From Candidatus Thalassarchaeaceae archaeon (lineage in GTDB: Archaea > Thermoplasmatota > Poseidoniia > Poseidoniales > Thalassarchaeaceae): DNA of 53,297 nucleotides. The stretch lies in the NCBI GenBank assembly GCA_030751995.1, contig JASMFB010000003.1, forward strand, positions 1 through 53,297, in the 5' to 3' direction. Position numbers and translations under genes: made by a program. The notes beneath the pieces were generated by a model that was given only the letters and a program-made list of their open reading frames with translations, made no database searches and was not told the DNA's origin. How positions within the stretch are numbered: position 1 is the stretch's first letter; every line of letters starts with the position of its first letter. Positions 1 to 9,703 of the stretch are shown here, piece after piece.

Positions 1-1989
1 GAAGTATGTGTGCTGTCGACGAGGCATGCCTTGAATCCCCAATCTGTGCATCGGCCAGAAGACCAAGTTGTAAGAGATGAAGCCAGTCATGAAATGTAGA
101 ATTCCTAGTTTTTCATTCATCATTCGACCGGTCGCCTTGGGGAACCAATAGTAGATTCCAGAGTAAAGCCCGAAGACGATTCCACCTACGAACACATAGT
201 GGAAGTGAGCGACGACGAAATAAGTCTCATGTAAGTGTAAATCCATCGCTACAGCGGGGAAGTACATTCCTGAGATTCCACCTAATGTGAATGTTGCAAG
301 GAAGCCTAGTGCCCATAGTGTGTGGGTTCGGTAGACAAGACTTCCACCGTGCATAGTCTGCAGCCAATTGAAAATCTTAATTCCAGTTGGAACGGCCACA
401 AGCATCGTCGTCAGCATCGTGACGAATCGCAGAACTGGGCTCATTCCTGAAGTGAACATATGGTGCCCGTAGACAATGAACCCAACAATGCCAATGCCCG
501 CGAGCGCGAAGACCATTGACTTGTAGCCGAAGATTGTTCGTCGCGCACTTGTTGATAGCACCTCAGAAATTACACCAAAGGCTGGCAGCACAACCACGTA
601 CACCTCGGGATGGCCGAAATACCAGAACAGGTGACTCCAGAGAAGCGGATCGCCTCCTGCTGCCGCTTCGTAAAACACAGTCCCTATCGTCCGGTCTAGT
701 AAGACTTGAATCAATCCAATTCCAAAGGCGGGAATTGAGATGAAAAGCATCAGTGTGGCAATCAGCATTGACCACGAGAATAGTGGCATATTCATCCAAC
801 CCATGCCGGGCGCACGCATCGTGCAGAACGTGGTCATGAAGTTGATTCCAGAAATGGTGGATGAGGCGACAAAGAGAATCTGTCCAGCCACCCATAACGT
901 GACTCCGGAATGAGCTGCATGTGAGACAATGTAAGGCGCGTACCCGGTCCACCCCGTATCTGCCCCCTGTCCACTGAAAATTCCAGTGAAGATGAGAATC
1001 GCCCCGGCAGGGTTGAGCCAGAACGCCAGTGCGTTCAAACGTGGTAGGGCTAAATCAGGCGCTCCAATTTGCAATGGAACAATCCAGTTTGCAAATCCAG
1101 CAATCATTGGCATGGCTGCGAGGAAAATCATCGTCGTACCGTGCATGGTGAAGAACTGATTGTATTCATCCTGAGTCAGGAAATCGTTTCCTGGTGATGC
1201 AAGTTGAACCCGGAAAATTAGGGCGAACATACCCCCTACTCCGAGGAAGAACAGACCGTTGGCCATGTACAACGAACCGACATTTTTGTGGTCCGTACTG
1301 GTGATAAAATCACTGAACCATGGCCAGAAGTTCTCCCAAGCAAACGCGTCTGGACTCTGTCTGTAGAATACCCAAATCACACATCCGAGGGTTATCATCA
1401 CCATCAGGAGAATTGCTGTAGCAAGAACAGTCAATCCACTTGCTTGTTCCGATGGTTGTGGACCAACATCTAGGGTTAGACGACCATACATGTCGCCTCC
1501 ACTGGTTCCATCGCCGTTGACTGAATTTGTGTGAAGAACGAATTTAGCCCCCCCTTCTGATGGGGCGGTCCATTCGACTTGCCACTGGGTTTGATCATTG
1601 CCTTGCCCAGTGTCATCAGCATCGATACCGTTGTGCGTGACACTGCCGTCAGGATTTTCCTTCACCGAGTCATCGACAGCTGCAAGAGAACCTGCACTAG
1701 CCCAGAGATGGAACCCCCCGAGTGCTGTTGCTCCAGGATCCGTGCCCGACGGGCCACCAGTGAATGTAATGTTGAGCGTGTAGGTTGCTCCACCTTCCAA
1801 CTCCGCAGGGAGCCCTTCGAGACTGGGCACAACCTCTTCGCTTGGACTCTGACCGTGACAGGCACACCCATCATTCTGGACGCCAGATACACCAAACGGA
1901 TACGATTGGGCACTAGGTGCAAGTGCCACCGCAATCAAGAGAATGGCAAGGATGGCTATGGCACGAGGATTCCTAAACGCTTTCAACAT
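1..1989 (-). CDS. coxA: Heme-copper (cytochrome c) oxidase subunit I, A1 type, with N-terminal exported Reeler-like domain; 3' end lies outside the window
   Basis: Manual translation (not in ORF track): open frame from ATG at 1989 with SD GAGGTGA. Motifs TSTDHKNVG, GAPDLALPRLN (D-channel Asp), WYFGHPEVY, YGHHMF, AVPTGIKIFNW (K-channel Lys), VVAHFHYV, GMPRR. Confidence 0.97.
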   Translation of the reverse strand, partial: MLKAFRNPRAIAILAILLIAVALAPSAQSYPFGVSGVQNDGCACHGQSPSEEVVPSLEGLPAELEGGATYTLNITFTGGPSGTDPGATALGGFHLWASAGSLAAVDDSVKENPDGSVTHNGIDADDTGQGNDQTQWQVEWTAPSEGGAKFVLHTNSVNGDGTSGGDMYGRLTLDVGPQPSEQASGLTVLATAILLMVMITLGCVIWVFYRQSPDAFAWENFWPWFSDFITSTDHKNVGSLYMANGLFFLGVGGMFALIFRVQLASPGNDFLTQDEYNQFFTMHGTTMIFLAAMPMIAGFANWIVPLQIGAPDLALPRLNALAFWLNPAGAILIFTGIFSGQGADTGWTGYAPYIVSHAAHSGVTLWVAGQILFVASSTISGINFMTTFCTMRAPGMGWMNMPLFSWSMLIATLMLFISIPAFGIGLIQVLLDRTIGTVFYEAAAGGDPLLWSHLFWYFGHPEVYVVVLPAFGVISEVLSTSARRTIFGYKSMVFALAGIGIVGFIVYGHHMFTSGMSPVLRFVTMLTTMLVAVPTGIKIFNWLQTMHGGSLVYRTHTLWALGFLATFTLGGISGMYFPAVAMDLHLHETYFVVAHFHYVFVGGIVFGLYSGIYYWFPKATGRMMNEKLGILHFMTGFISYNLVFWPMHRLGIQGMPRRQHTYF

Positions 1990-1998
1990 AATATCACC

Positions 1999-2634
1999 TC
2001 AGGCGTGTACCTCGACAACAGCCGTCATGTAGCCGTGATCCTTGCCACAGTACTCAGTACACATGAGAAGAGAAGATCCAATCTCGTCAGTACTAGGAGT
2101 ATGATAGAGTCGAGTGTACATCCCGGGTTGGGTATCTTCCTTAAGGCCCCAATCAAGGAAGAATGGCGCATGTGTAACATCCGTTGAAGTCATGTTGAAC
2201 ATGTAAGATTCCCCGGCCTTCAATCGAAGCAGAGGTCTAGTCTGACCCTCAACATCAATATTTGATACTTCACAGATATCCGCATCCAAATCACCGCAGT
2301 CGAAAGCCCAACTCCACTGGCTTGAATTTACTTTCACTTCGTGAGCGTCAGGATCTGCAGTCCACATCTGATCTATGGGGCCCCAAGCGATGAATGTCAG
2401 ATAGACGATGAGGATGAACGGCACTATCGTCCAAGTCAATTCCATCTTGAGATTATCGTTTTCTGCGGGAAATACGCCGGGAGTAAAGTTGTCGATATTG
2501 TTGTCACTACCATCTTTGGAACGGAAGACGAGGGAATTGTAGAGTAACCAAACTACGACGATAATGAGGACGATGAGTGCCCAGAAATTGAACACATCAA
2601 ATAGTTCCCAGAACACCTCGCCGCCTGCCTCCAT
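1999..2634 (-). CDS. coxB: Cytochrome c oxidase subunit II (CuA)
   Basis: Two TM helices, ELTWTIVP, QWSWAF, DVTH and CuA motif CTEYCGKDHGYM; stop codon overlaps the coxA SD. Confidence 0.96.
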   Translation of the reverse strand: MEAGGEVFWELFDVFNFWALIVLIIVVVWLLYNSLVFRSKDGSDNNIDNFTPGVFPAENDNLKMELTWTIVPFILIVYLTFIAWGPIDQMWTADPDAHEVKVNSSQWSWAFDCGDLDADICEVSNIDVEGQTRPLLRLKAGESYMFNMTSTDVTHAPFFLDWGLKEDTQPGMYTRLYHTPSTDEIGSSLLMCTEYCGKDHGYMTAVVEVHA

Positions 2635-2767
2635 TGTCTATCCTCAGCCGGCCCGGAGAGAGGACGCTATATGAGCGTTGTCTGGCCCCCCGTAGGGGGG
2701 TCAGCAAAATGAATTGAAACTCAATATCCAGCCGATTAAATCAAGAATCAACCATGTCCATTGTCTC

Positions 2768-3091
2768 ATGATGGGAGATTGGCCCGACGGACTTCTACGT
2801 GAGGACGAGGATGGTGTGATTTTGGCCGTCGCCGTTCAGCCCGCCGCTAAACACGTAGGAATCGCTGGAATCGATAATTGGCGAGGCCGTTTGCAGGTCG
2901 CCGTCAGGACCCAACCACAGAAAGGAGCTGCCAACGAAGCCGTCCGTGAGTTGCTCTCAGAAGCGTTCGACACACCACTTGCATTCGTCAATATCGTTGC
3001 TGGCCACCGCTCACGCCAGAAGTCGATTCTCTTCAGTGAAACCCCACTCTCAAAGATTGAATCATACTTGGGGGCTTACCTTGCCGAATGA
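2768..3091 (+). CDS. DUF167/UPF0235 (YggU-like) protein
   Basis: VAVQPAAK...PQKGAANEAV...IVAGHRSRQK pattern; start moved to ATG 2768. Confidence 0.85.
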   Translation: MMGDWPDGLLREDEDGVILAVAVQPAAKHVGIAGIDNWRGRLQVAVRTQPQKGAANEAVRELLSEAFDTPLAFVNIVAGHRSRQKSILFSETPLSKIESYLGAYLAE

Positions 3092-3557
3092 CCGAGACGC
3101 GCGTTACACTACAGCGGGACAAGCATTGGGCCAAGCCCGTTTTCGAAATCGACCACCATCATCTGGAGGCTGCGGGTGCCCCATTTTGGTTGAAGGAAAA
3201 AAGGATGTGTTCGCACTCAAAACCATGGGATTCACAGGGCCCATTGAACAAGTGAATAGGGGTTGGGATCAATCCCGATTGGTCACCTATATTTTCGAGA
3301 CTTATGGAATTCTCAACAAGGTGGACCAAGGTGCCTCAGTAATTTTGCTCATGGATTGGGATAGAACCGGCGGTCGCTTGCAACGAAAAATCGGTGAGCG
3401 ATTGCAAGCCTTTGGAATGCGCATTGACAATGAGACGAGAATGGAACTGGTTCGTGCCATGAAACCTGAAGGTCGTACTGTAGAGGGATTGAAGGCCCAC
3501 GCTGAAAAATTACGTCCATACATCAATCAATCAGACCCGGGAACAGAAGAAGAGTAA
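3081..3557 (+). CDS. Small stand-alone Toprim-domain protein
   Basis: ILVEGKKD and LMDWDRTG (DxD) Toprim motifs; probable TTG start overlapping the upstream gene. Confidence 0.85.
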   Translation: MPNDRDARYTTAGQALGQARFRNRPPSSGGCGCPILVEGKKDVFALKTMGFTGPIEQVNRGWDQSRLVTYIFETYGILNKVDQGASVILLMDWDRTGGRLQRKIGERLQAFGMRIDNETRMELVRAMKPEGRTVEGLKAHAEKLRPYINQSDPGTEEE

Positions 3558-6437
3558 TTACTCGATTTGGATGGCTATTCGAAGATCCAAGCGCCCTTCT
3601 AATCCATCCCTAATCTGATCCAATTCAGCAAGTCTTCTGGCCAATTCATCCTGTAACTTGGTGATGAGGCTATTCTTCATCCGAACCCAACGGGGATCCG
3701 GCATCCTACCTTCTGAGCGAGCGGTCCAATCCGCATCTGCTAGTTGGGCCATTTCACGCATAATCCTTCGATGCCATGCATGTTCTGCATTGTCACGCAA
3801 CTCACCGATTAGCGGCAACAGACGAAGCCGTTCGCTCTCCAATAATGCTCCTTCAATCGGGTCCAACAATGCTTGTAGGTCACTCTCTCGAACTACTTCG
3901 CCCCCGCGTAAGAGTTGCAGTGGTTCGGCTCCATCATCTAGTACAGGTACACCCCCAGCATCGAGATAAAGCCAGCGTCTGACTGTGGTTCTTGTTAGAC
4001 TGTCAACAGTCCAATCTATACATACACACCATGCAGCTTCTTCTGGTGTAGAATCGTCACGTTCAACTCGTAGAAACAGCGGCGAACTATCTTCAATTTC
4101 TGTGAGTAATCGAATGAGTGGGTGATGAGGTGTGATGAAGATGTGCTGGGGATTTAGTCTAGCCAAGTCTCGCTCAAAGATGACATGGAACCAATGAGGT
4201 CCTGAACTATCTGCAGACGTGGTGATGGTTTCCATCCAACCCACAGTATCCCGATCAATTCGTTGATTGTCCATGGCCCGTTGGGCCAATTCATGAACCA
4301 AATCTGCCTCCAGTCCGAGCATCCAAATTCCCGGCTCGCGAGTGGGGTGCAATTGGGCATGTTCTCCAAGTTGGTACATCATCCAATCTTGCAATTGTTG
4401 GGCGCCGACACCTAGGTGATGACGATGAACCGAATTTCGAAGCGCGGAAATTCCCGGGTCGGGCCCGACCCATTCACGTTCTTCATTTGCGCGTTCTTCA
4501 AGCCACAACTCTCGCCTGTCGAGTAGTGTCATAACACCATCTACATCTTCATTCGAAGCATCCGCAGCAGAAACCATTCGCAATCCAATTGGACGATCCA
4601 GTTCAGTTCTAGCCACCATTCGCATGGCCTGACCAAGCATCGGATCAAGCATACCGAGTGCATCTTCAAAGAGTCGAATTCGGTGATACAGACGATGCAG
4701 GATTGCTGCATCAATCGTTCCTTCGACAGCAAGATTGAGAATCTGAATTTCCTCTGCCGTTTGACCGAATCGATCTAACCTACCGATTCGTTGTTCAATC
4801 CGCATGGGATTCCATGGCAGATCGTAATTGACCAATCTGTGGCAGTGTTGTTGGTCCAAACCTTCACTGCCCACTTCGCTTGATAACAACACATCGAATT
4901 CACCATTTCTAAATCGTTCTCGAATAACATCTCTGTCTTGCATCCGCGTTCGACCTGTGATGACCTCGCAACTGATTCCATCAGCAGTCAGACGTCGTTG
5001 CAGGTGCTGGAGAGTTGCATGGAAATGGCTGAACAGCAGAATTCCACCAGTTTGGTCATCGTTAAGACTTTGTTCAATCCATGAGATGAATGCATCATAT
5101 TTTGAATCAGTTTCACCCAGCGCTTCGGCAGCATCAATGAGTTCGTTCAAGTTCCCAAGCCGACGAAGCATTCGAATTTCGACTTCTTCCAAATCGATGT
5201 CATCTTCTGCTTCATCCATATCGTCCAGAACTTCACGTGCCTGAGAGTGCAATTGGCGCACAACGTGTCCTGCAAAGGCAGGCAAGCAAGAAGAAGCCAT
5301 CCGTTCAGGCACAATCAATGCCCAATCGAAGACCTCCCCCTCAGGATGCCTCATTTGTATGAGAGTCCTTGCCCATGCTCGTGCAGCTTCGTAAAGTCGC
5401 CACTCCTCGGGTGTGAGCGTGATGTCGAGAGTGATTGCACACCGACGGGCCATGTGCCAGTCCAAATCCCGACGTCTGGTTCGTACCAGAAGATCGTTCA
5501 AGGGTCTTAAGCGTCGAATCAAATTCGCCAATCGTCGCCTTGAATTCTCTATTCTCTGTTCATTCCAAGCATCTTCGTCCTGAATCAAATTGATTGCCTC
5601 GACAAGTCGGGGGTCACCTGCAAAACCAATCGTATGCTGAAGCGATTGGAAGTGATCAATCGCTCTGGGTAGATTTGGCACCGGTCGTGAAATACCATCC
5701 AACACATCGTTGAGCATTCGTGTTGGCCTCATTGTGCGGAAGAATTGTTCGATTGTCGGCCATCGGTCTGGTGCCAATAAACTGAGTTGCACCCACAATT
5801 CCTCTTCTCGTAAATTGACAGGGGTTGCAGTCATCAGTACACTTTGACGTGAGCGCATGGTCAGTAATTGCGCGGCATCGTGCAACCGACTGCGCGGGTT
5901 TCGACAATGGTGTGCTTCATCGATGATAGTCAACATCACCTCGGGCAACGTATCCATCAATTGCTCTAGAGTCGCCGACCTTCGCAGAATTCCATGACTA
6001 ACGATGACAATTCTTGGCTCCCCCTCCGACAATCTCTCGACGATTCTCAATAGACGACGACCACTGTCAGCCACCTCGGCCACAAGGTCTCCTCTGTGGT
6101 GTAATTCTTGCTTCCATTTTGAACGTAGGGAGCCAGGGCAGGCAATGATGATGGCACCGGTTTCACCGGTTGCGTGGAGTCTACGAATGATTCTAATTGC
6201 AGAGATTGTTTTTCCAAGTCCAACCTCGTCAGCAATCAGGATTCCTTGCCAAGGAGAGCTTGCCAAACGAGCCGCAGGTAGATGCTGGTGTGGTTGGTCC
6301 TCCCATCGACCAAAGGCGTGCATGGGTGCTGCATCACTGGCCGGATGCTTCAGAAGAAGATCGGTCCATCGGAGGTCCGATGGTAGATTATCGGCCGCTG
6401 CCGAGTCTACATCATCTCTTGTCCCGGAGACGGCCAT
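3558..6437 (-). CDS. SNF2-family (RapA/HepA-like) SF2 helicase
   Basis: ADEVGLGKT, IIDEAHH, MTATP, SEVGSEGLD, NYDLPWNP, EQRIGRLDRFGQ. Confidence 0.93.
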   Translation of the reverse strand: MAVSGTRDDVDSAAADNLPSDLRWTDLLLKHPASDAAPMHAFGRWEDQPHQHLPAARLASSPWQGILIADEVGLGKTISAIRIIRRLHATGETGAIIIACPGSLRSKWKQELHHRGDLVAEVADSGRRLLRIVERLSEGEPRIVIVSHGILRRSATLEQLMDTLPEVMLTIIDEAHHCRNPRSRLHDAAQLLTMRSRQSVLMTATPVNLREEELWVQLSLLAPDRWPTIEQFFRTMRPTRMLNDVLDGISRPVPNLPRAIDHFQSLQHTIGFAGDPRLVEAINLIQDEDAWNEQRIENSRRRLANLIRRLRPLNDLLVRTRRRDLDWHMARRCAITLDITLTPEEWRLYEAARAWARTLIQMRHPEGEVFDWALIVPERMASSCLPAFAGHVVRQLHSQAREVLDDMDEAEDDIDLEEVEIRMLRRLGNLNELIDAAEALGETDSKYDAFISWIEQSLNDDQTGGILLFSHFHATLQHLQRRLTADGISCEVITGRTRMQDRDVIRERFRNGEFDVLLSSEVGSEGLDQQHCHRLVNYDLPWNPMRIEQRIGRLDRFGQTAEEIQILNLAVEGTIDAAILHRLYHRIRLFEDALGMLDPMLGQAMRMVARTELDRPIGLRMVSAADASNEDVDGVMTLLDRRELWLEERANEEREWVGPDPGISALRNSVHRHHLGVGAQQLQDWMMYQLGEHAQLHPTREPGIWMLGLEADLVHELAQRAMDNQRIDRDTVGWMETITTSADSSGPHWFHVIFERDLARLNPQHIFITPHHPLIRLLTEIEDSSPLFLRVERDDSTPEEAAWCVCIDWTVDSLTRTTVRRWLYLDAGGVPVLDDGAEPLQLLRGGEVVRESDLQALLDPIEGALLESERLRLLPLIGELRDNAEHAWHRRIMREMAQLADADWTARSEGRMPDPRWVRMKNSLITKLQDELARRLAELDQIRDGLEGRLDLRIAIQIE

Positions 6438-6490
6438 AGGCCAAACGGTCGAGCGGGCGTTCTTGAACCCTCGGACGGGGATTCCCTTTG

Positions 6491-6934
6491 TTAGGGAAGT
6501 TGAACGCCATTTTGTTTGACTGTATTCAACACAACGTGCGTCACAGTTCGGATAATTCCTTCACTGGATAACACGGTCTTTGATAGATCATCCAAGTGCG
6601 CACGGTCGCGCACGCGGGCGAGAACCATTGAGTCAAATTCCCCCGTGACATCGTAGATTCCAAAGACACGAGAATCCTTGGCGATTCTTCGTTGAACCTC
6701 CATCAGTTGACCTTTCTCTATGCGAAGGCCACAGAGTACCGTCATGGTCCACCCCACCTTTTCAGCATCGATGTGAACACCATATCCATGTATGACTCCC
6801 ATTTCCTCCATCCGTTTGACACGATTTGACACAGTGCCGAGCGCCACACCAACCTCCTCTGCAATCGAGCGCATCGAAGTTCGCGCATCGGCCAGCAGAA
6901 CGGCAAGGATCCGCCGGTCGACGTCGTCAATCAT
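6491..6934 (-). CDS. Lrp/AsnC family transcriptional regulator
   Basis: N-terminal HTH DDVDRRIL...DAR...IAEEVGV...RVKRMEEMGVI; RAM domain YDVTGEFD. Confidence 0.95.
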   Translation of the reverse strand: MIDDVDRRILAVLLADARTSMRSIAEEVGVALGTVSNRVKRMEEMGVIHGYGVHIDAEKVGWTMTVLCGLRIEKGQLMEVQRRIAKDSRVFGIYDVTGEFDSMVLARVRDRAHLDDLSKTVLSSEGIIRTVTHVVLNTVKQNGVQLP

Positions 6935-6964
6935 AATTCGCGGTATTCACGACAGACCTTGAAT

Positions 6965-8017
6965 CTATGTTGGAGGCTCTTTGTAGAGTGTGAGGTCGAG
7001 AACCCAACCACCCATTTCGTCGACTTCAATGCTCCATTCAGTTTCAATTGTGGCAATGTTCACTTCGTTCAATCCTCGCTCTGGTTTGACGCGAACGACA
7101 ATCGTTCTTTCAGTTCCAGCCGGCAAATCAATCTCCCGAATTTCCTTCGCCAATCTCCACGGGGGTAACACGCGAACCTCTCGTAGATGCAAATCTCGCA
7201 GACCCGCTTTCAAGTAGGCAATGGGTCGTCCCTCTGTATCCCGACTACCCCGTAATCGCGGTAGCATAACCTCGCGTTTCCATTCGGATCTAACGATAAC
7301 TGTCAGGCCAAATATGATGAATCCCAAGGCGAGAAGACTGGACGCTCGGTGCCCAGAATCCTTCGGTCCATTGTCGGAGAGCGGGACATTCATTGCGAGC
7401 AAGGCATGATTCTCTTCGGTCATCATATCTGAGAGGAGAATTACAAATCGAAGACGTTCAGAATCATCACTGGTCAATCCGTTTCCAGGGACGAGTTCAC
7501 GCTGAATCGTTCCATTCTCATTGGTAATGGGCGTTGGGTCGTACAGTCGAACAACAGCATGTTGCGAAGGTGTCCGTCCAAACATCTCAACCCCATCTTC
7601 AATTAATATCAATCGTAAAATCCCATTTTCAATTTCAGATAGAATCTGGATATCGACAGTCACATTGAGCGTTTGTTCATCAGACCATCGAACCATTGCA
7701 TGCAGTTCTGCATTGGCTGGTGTTGATGCGTGATCGACTACTTGTAATTCTCCAAGTTCGAGATAACGGTCGTTGGTCTTCAGCGTTCCCAACCCACTGT
7801 CTTCGGGGTGCCACGAAATTCGCAGCACCTCATCGAGTGGAACCTCATCATTTACATCTGTGGGAAAGTGTTCGATAAATCGAGGAATGTCACCTTCCGA
7901 ACTACCCTCTAATTCCTCTACGTTCTCCGGGATTGTCCACAATCCCCACCCCACCATAGCGAGTAGAACGAATGCAACGCAGATGGGTGCCCAAGACCCC
8001 ACCTTGTCCGCGTCCAT
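6965..8017 (-). CDS. Hypothetical membrane protein (two TM segments flanking an acidic domain)
   Basis: Long ORF with two hydrophobic segments; start uncertain (8074 overlaps upstream gene, 8017 preferred). Confidence 0.7.
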   Translation of the reverse strand: MDADKVGSWAPICVAFVLLAMVGWGLWTIPENVEELEGSSEGDIPRFIEHFPTDVNDEVPLDEVLRISWHPEDSGLGTLKTNDRYLELGELQVVDHASTPANAELHAMVRWSDEQTLNVTVDIQILSEIENGILRLILIEDGVEMFGRTPSQHAVVRLYDPTPITNENGTIQRELVPGNGLTSDDSERLRFVILLSDMMTEENHALLAMNVPLSDNGPKDSGHRASSLLALGFIIFGLTVIVRSEWKREVMLPRLRGSRDTEGRPIAYLKAGLRDLHLREVRVLPPWRLAKEIREIDLPAGTERTIVVRVKPERGLNEVNIATIETEWSIEVDEMGGWVLDLTLYKEPPT

Positions 8018-8055
8018 GCACAATGCGAGTGGTCGATGGCGCATGAATGTCGCCA

Positions 8056-9672
8056 CTACAGCCCCAGTTTCCATTTGAGGATGAATTGCTCTGACTCAGA
8101 CATCATGAGACTGAGCTTTCCAGCCAACCAAGCGGGAATATTTTCACCGGCATAGTTCAGCAATATTCCACCATCGCGTTCATTCTGAAAGACATCACCC
8201 AACGTCGAGCGTCCTGGTTCTTCCCCATCCAGCAGCCGTTTGAGTAACGTTTTGTCTATTTCGAATCGATGATGCTGTACGCGATTCGCTAGAACGTGGA
8301 GCCCAGTTGAGACCAATCGATTGTGCCCACCCCTCAACTTCCAGACCGGTTGACCTGCTTGCAAAACTCGCATCGGTTGCCAATGGCCACCGGGATAGAG
8401 GCGATTCTTAGCAGTCAACCGAGGTGCGGCCCACATCCAATCTCGAATTCCTTCCGTACTGATGTGTGCAAAGTGCCCTCTCCTCCACATTGCCAGTCCT
8501 TGTGATTCGATGCCCCATTCATCAAACAGCACCATATCTTCTTGCTCTGCAATTCGTAGGTCTTTCTGCCCGGGGGGTTTTGGTTCAATTGGTTTTGGTT
8601 CTCTTCCTTCATCTCGCGGGTGTGCGCGCGTGGCGCGAGCCGAATCATGTTCGATTTCTGTTTGAGTGAAGATAGCTATGAAGAAACCAGAACCGTCATT
8701 TTCATCATTCCATACCCGAATACACGATTTTGTCAATTCGGTCATTCCAGAACGCGTTTTGAGTCCCGGAAACATTTCCTCACGATTAACTTCAGATAGG
8801 GACAACCAAGGAAAGCGTTCGAGAACCATCTCGACGACTTGCTCATTTTCCTGGGGGTCGATGGAACAGGTCGAGTATACCATTCTCCCCCCGGGTCGAA
8901 GAAGAAGAGCACCTCTAGAGAGAATGCCCGCTTGAAGTCGCGACATTTGCATCCCATGCAGAGGTTTCCACTTCCTCCAGACATCGGTATTCTTCCGAGT
9001 CGTCCCACTTCCCGTGCAAGGTACATCAACCAATATCCGATCAAAGCCCGGCTCAGCTACACGTGGAAAGTGACGGCCATCTTCACGAACGACAACCATG
9101 TTCAGATGCCCTGAACGCTGAGTGTTCGAGACTAGATGATTGGCTCGTCCCGGATTGGGTTCATTTGCCACAACCAACCCTTGCCCGCAGAGCGATTCTG
9201 CGATTTGAGTGGCTTTTGATCCGGGGGCTGCACACAGGTCGAGAACCCGATGATTTGGTTGTACATCTAGAGCCTGAACAGGCATCATCGATGCCGCTTC
9301 TTGTTGGGTAATTCGTCCGGTTGCGTGTAGAGCTTGAATCTTTGAACGCAGTCCGGCATCTGGACACTTTGCCTTCTCCCAAGGAAGGGTGTATGCACCA
9401 CCCATTCCTGTGAACCATTCAATTGGCATTGCTCCCATCTGTAGCAATTCTGCACGTGTCCATTCCAAATCTGAACGACAGGGGTTCATTCGAACGGTTT
9501 CAGGAAGCCTCGGCGTTGCTGAATCAAGCCAAATGTCGAGTTCACCGGGTCGGAGTTGTTCCACCAGTTTGGCCAACTCACTAGCCGCAGCATGGGCGCG
9601 CCAATCCGAAACCATCTCGCCCATATCCATATGCGAAGTGATGCCAAACTTCAGCGCATCGGCCACGCCCAA
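8056..9672 (-). CDS. RsmB/NOP2/NSUN-family RNA m5C methyltransferase
   Basis: QEAASM, VLDLCAAPGSK, LVDVPCTGSG (motif IV Cys), YSTCS (motif VI Cys). Confidence 0.93.
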   Translation of the reverse strand: MGVADALKFGITSHMDMGEMVSDWRAHAAASELAKLVEQLRPGELDIWLDSATPRLPETVRMNPCRSDLEWTRAELLQMGAMPIEWFTGMGGAYTLPWEKAKCPDAGLRSKIQALHATGRITQQEAASMMPVQALDVQPNHRVLDLCAAPGSKATQIAESLCGQGLVVANEPNPGRANHLVSNTQRSGHLNMVVVREDGRHFPRVAEPGFDRILVDVPCTGSGTTRKNTDVWRKWKPLHGMQMSRLQAGILSRGALLLRPGGRMVYSTCSIDPQENEQVVEMVLERFPWLSLSEVNREEMFPGLKTRSGMTELTKSCIRVWNDENDGSGFFIAIFTQTEIEHDSARATRAHPRDEGREPKPIEPKPPGQKDLRIAEQEDMVLFDEWGIESQGLAMWRRGHFAHISTEGIRDWMWAAPRLTAKNRLYPGGHWQPMRVLQAGQPVWKLRGGHNRLVSTGLHVLANRVQHHRFEIDKTLLKRLLDGEEPGRSTLGDVFQNERDGGILLNYAGENIPAWLAGKLSLMMSESEQFILKWKLGL

Positions 9673-9703
9673 CCTTCAACGGCCGTGAATGAAAGGACAC
9701 ACC

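Noticed and set aside
516-2187. Short ORFs in the supplied track at 516-2187 (e.g. 1579..2187 +)
   Set aside because: They are shadows of the continuous minus-strand coxA/coxB frames.
3081-6437. SNF2 helicase plus Toprim protein as a defence system (DISARM/Gabija-like)
   Set aside because: The genes are convergent; no methyltransferase, nuclease or DUF1998 partner is nearby; the Toprim protein is the small stand-alone type.
9056-9070. parS-like CACGTG-centred sequence
   Set aside because: Poor match to TGTTNCACGTGAAACA, single copy, inside a CDS.
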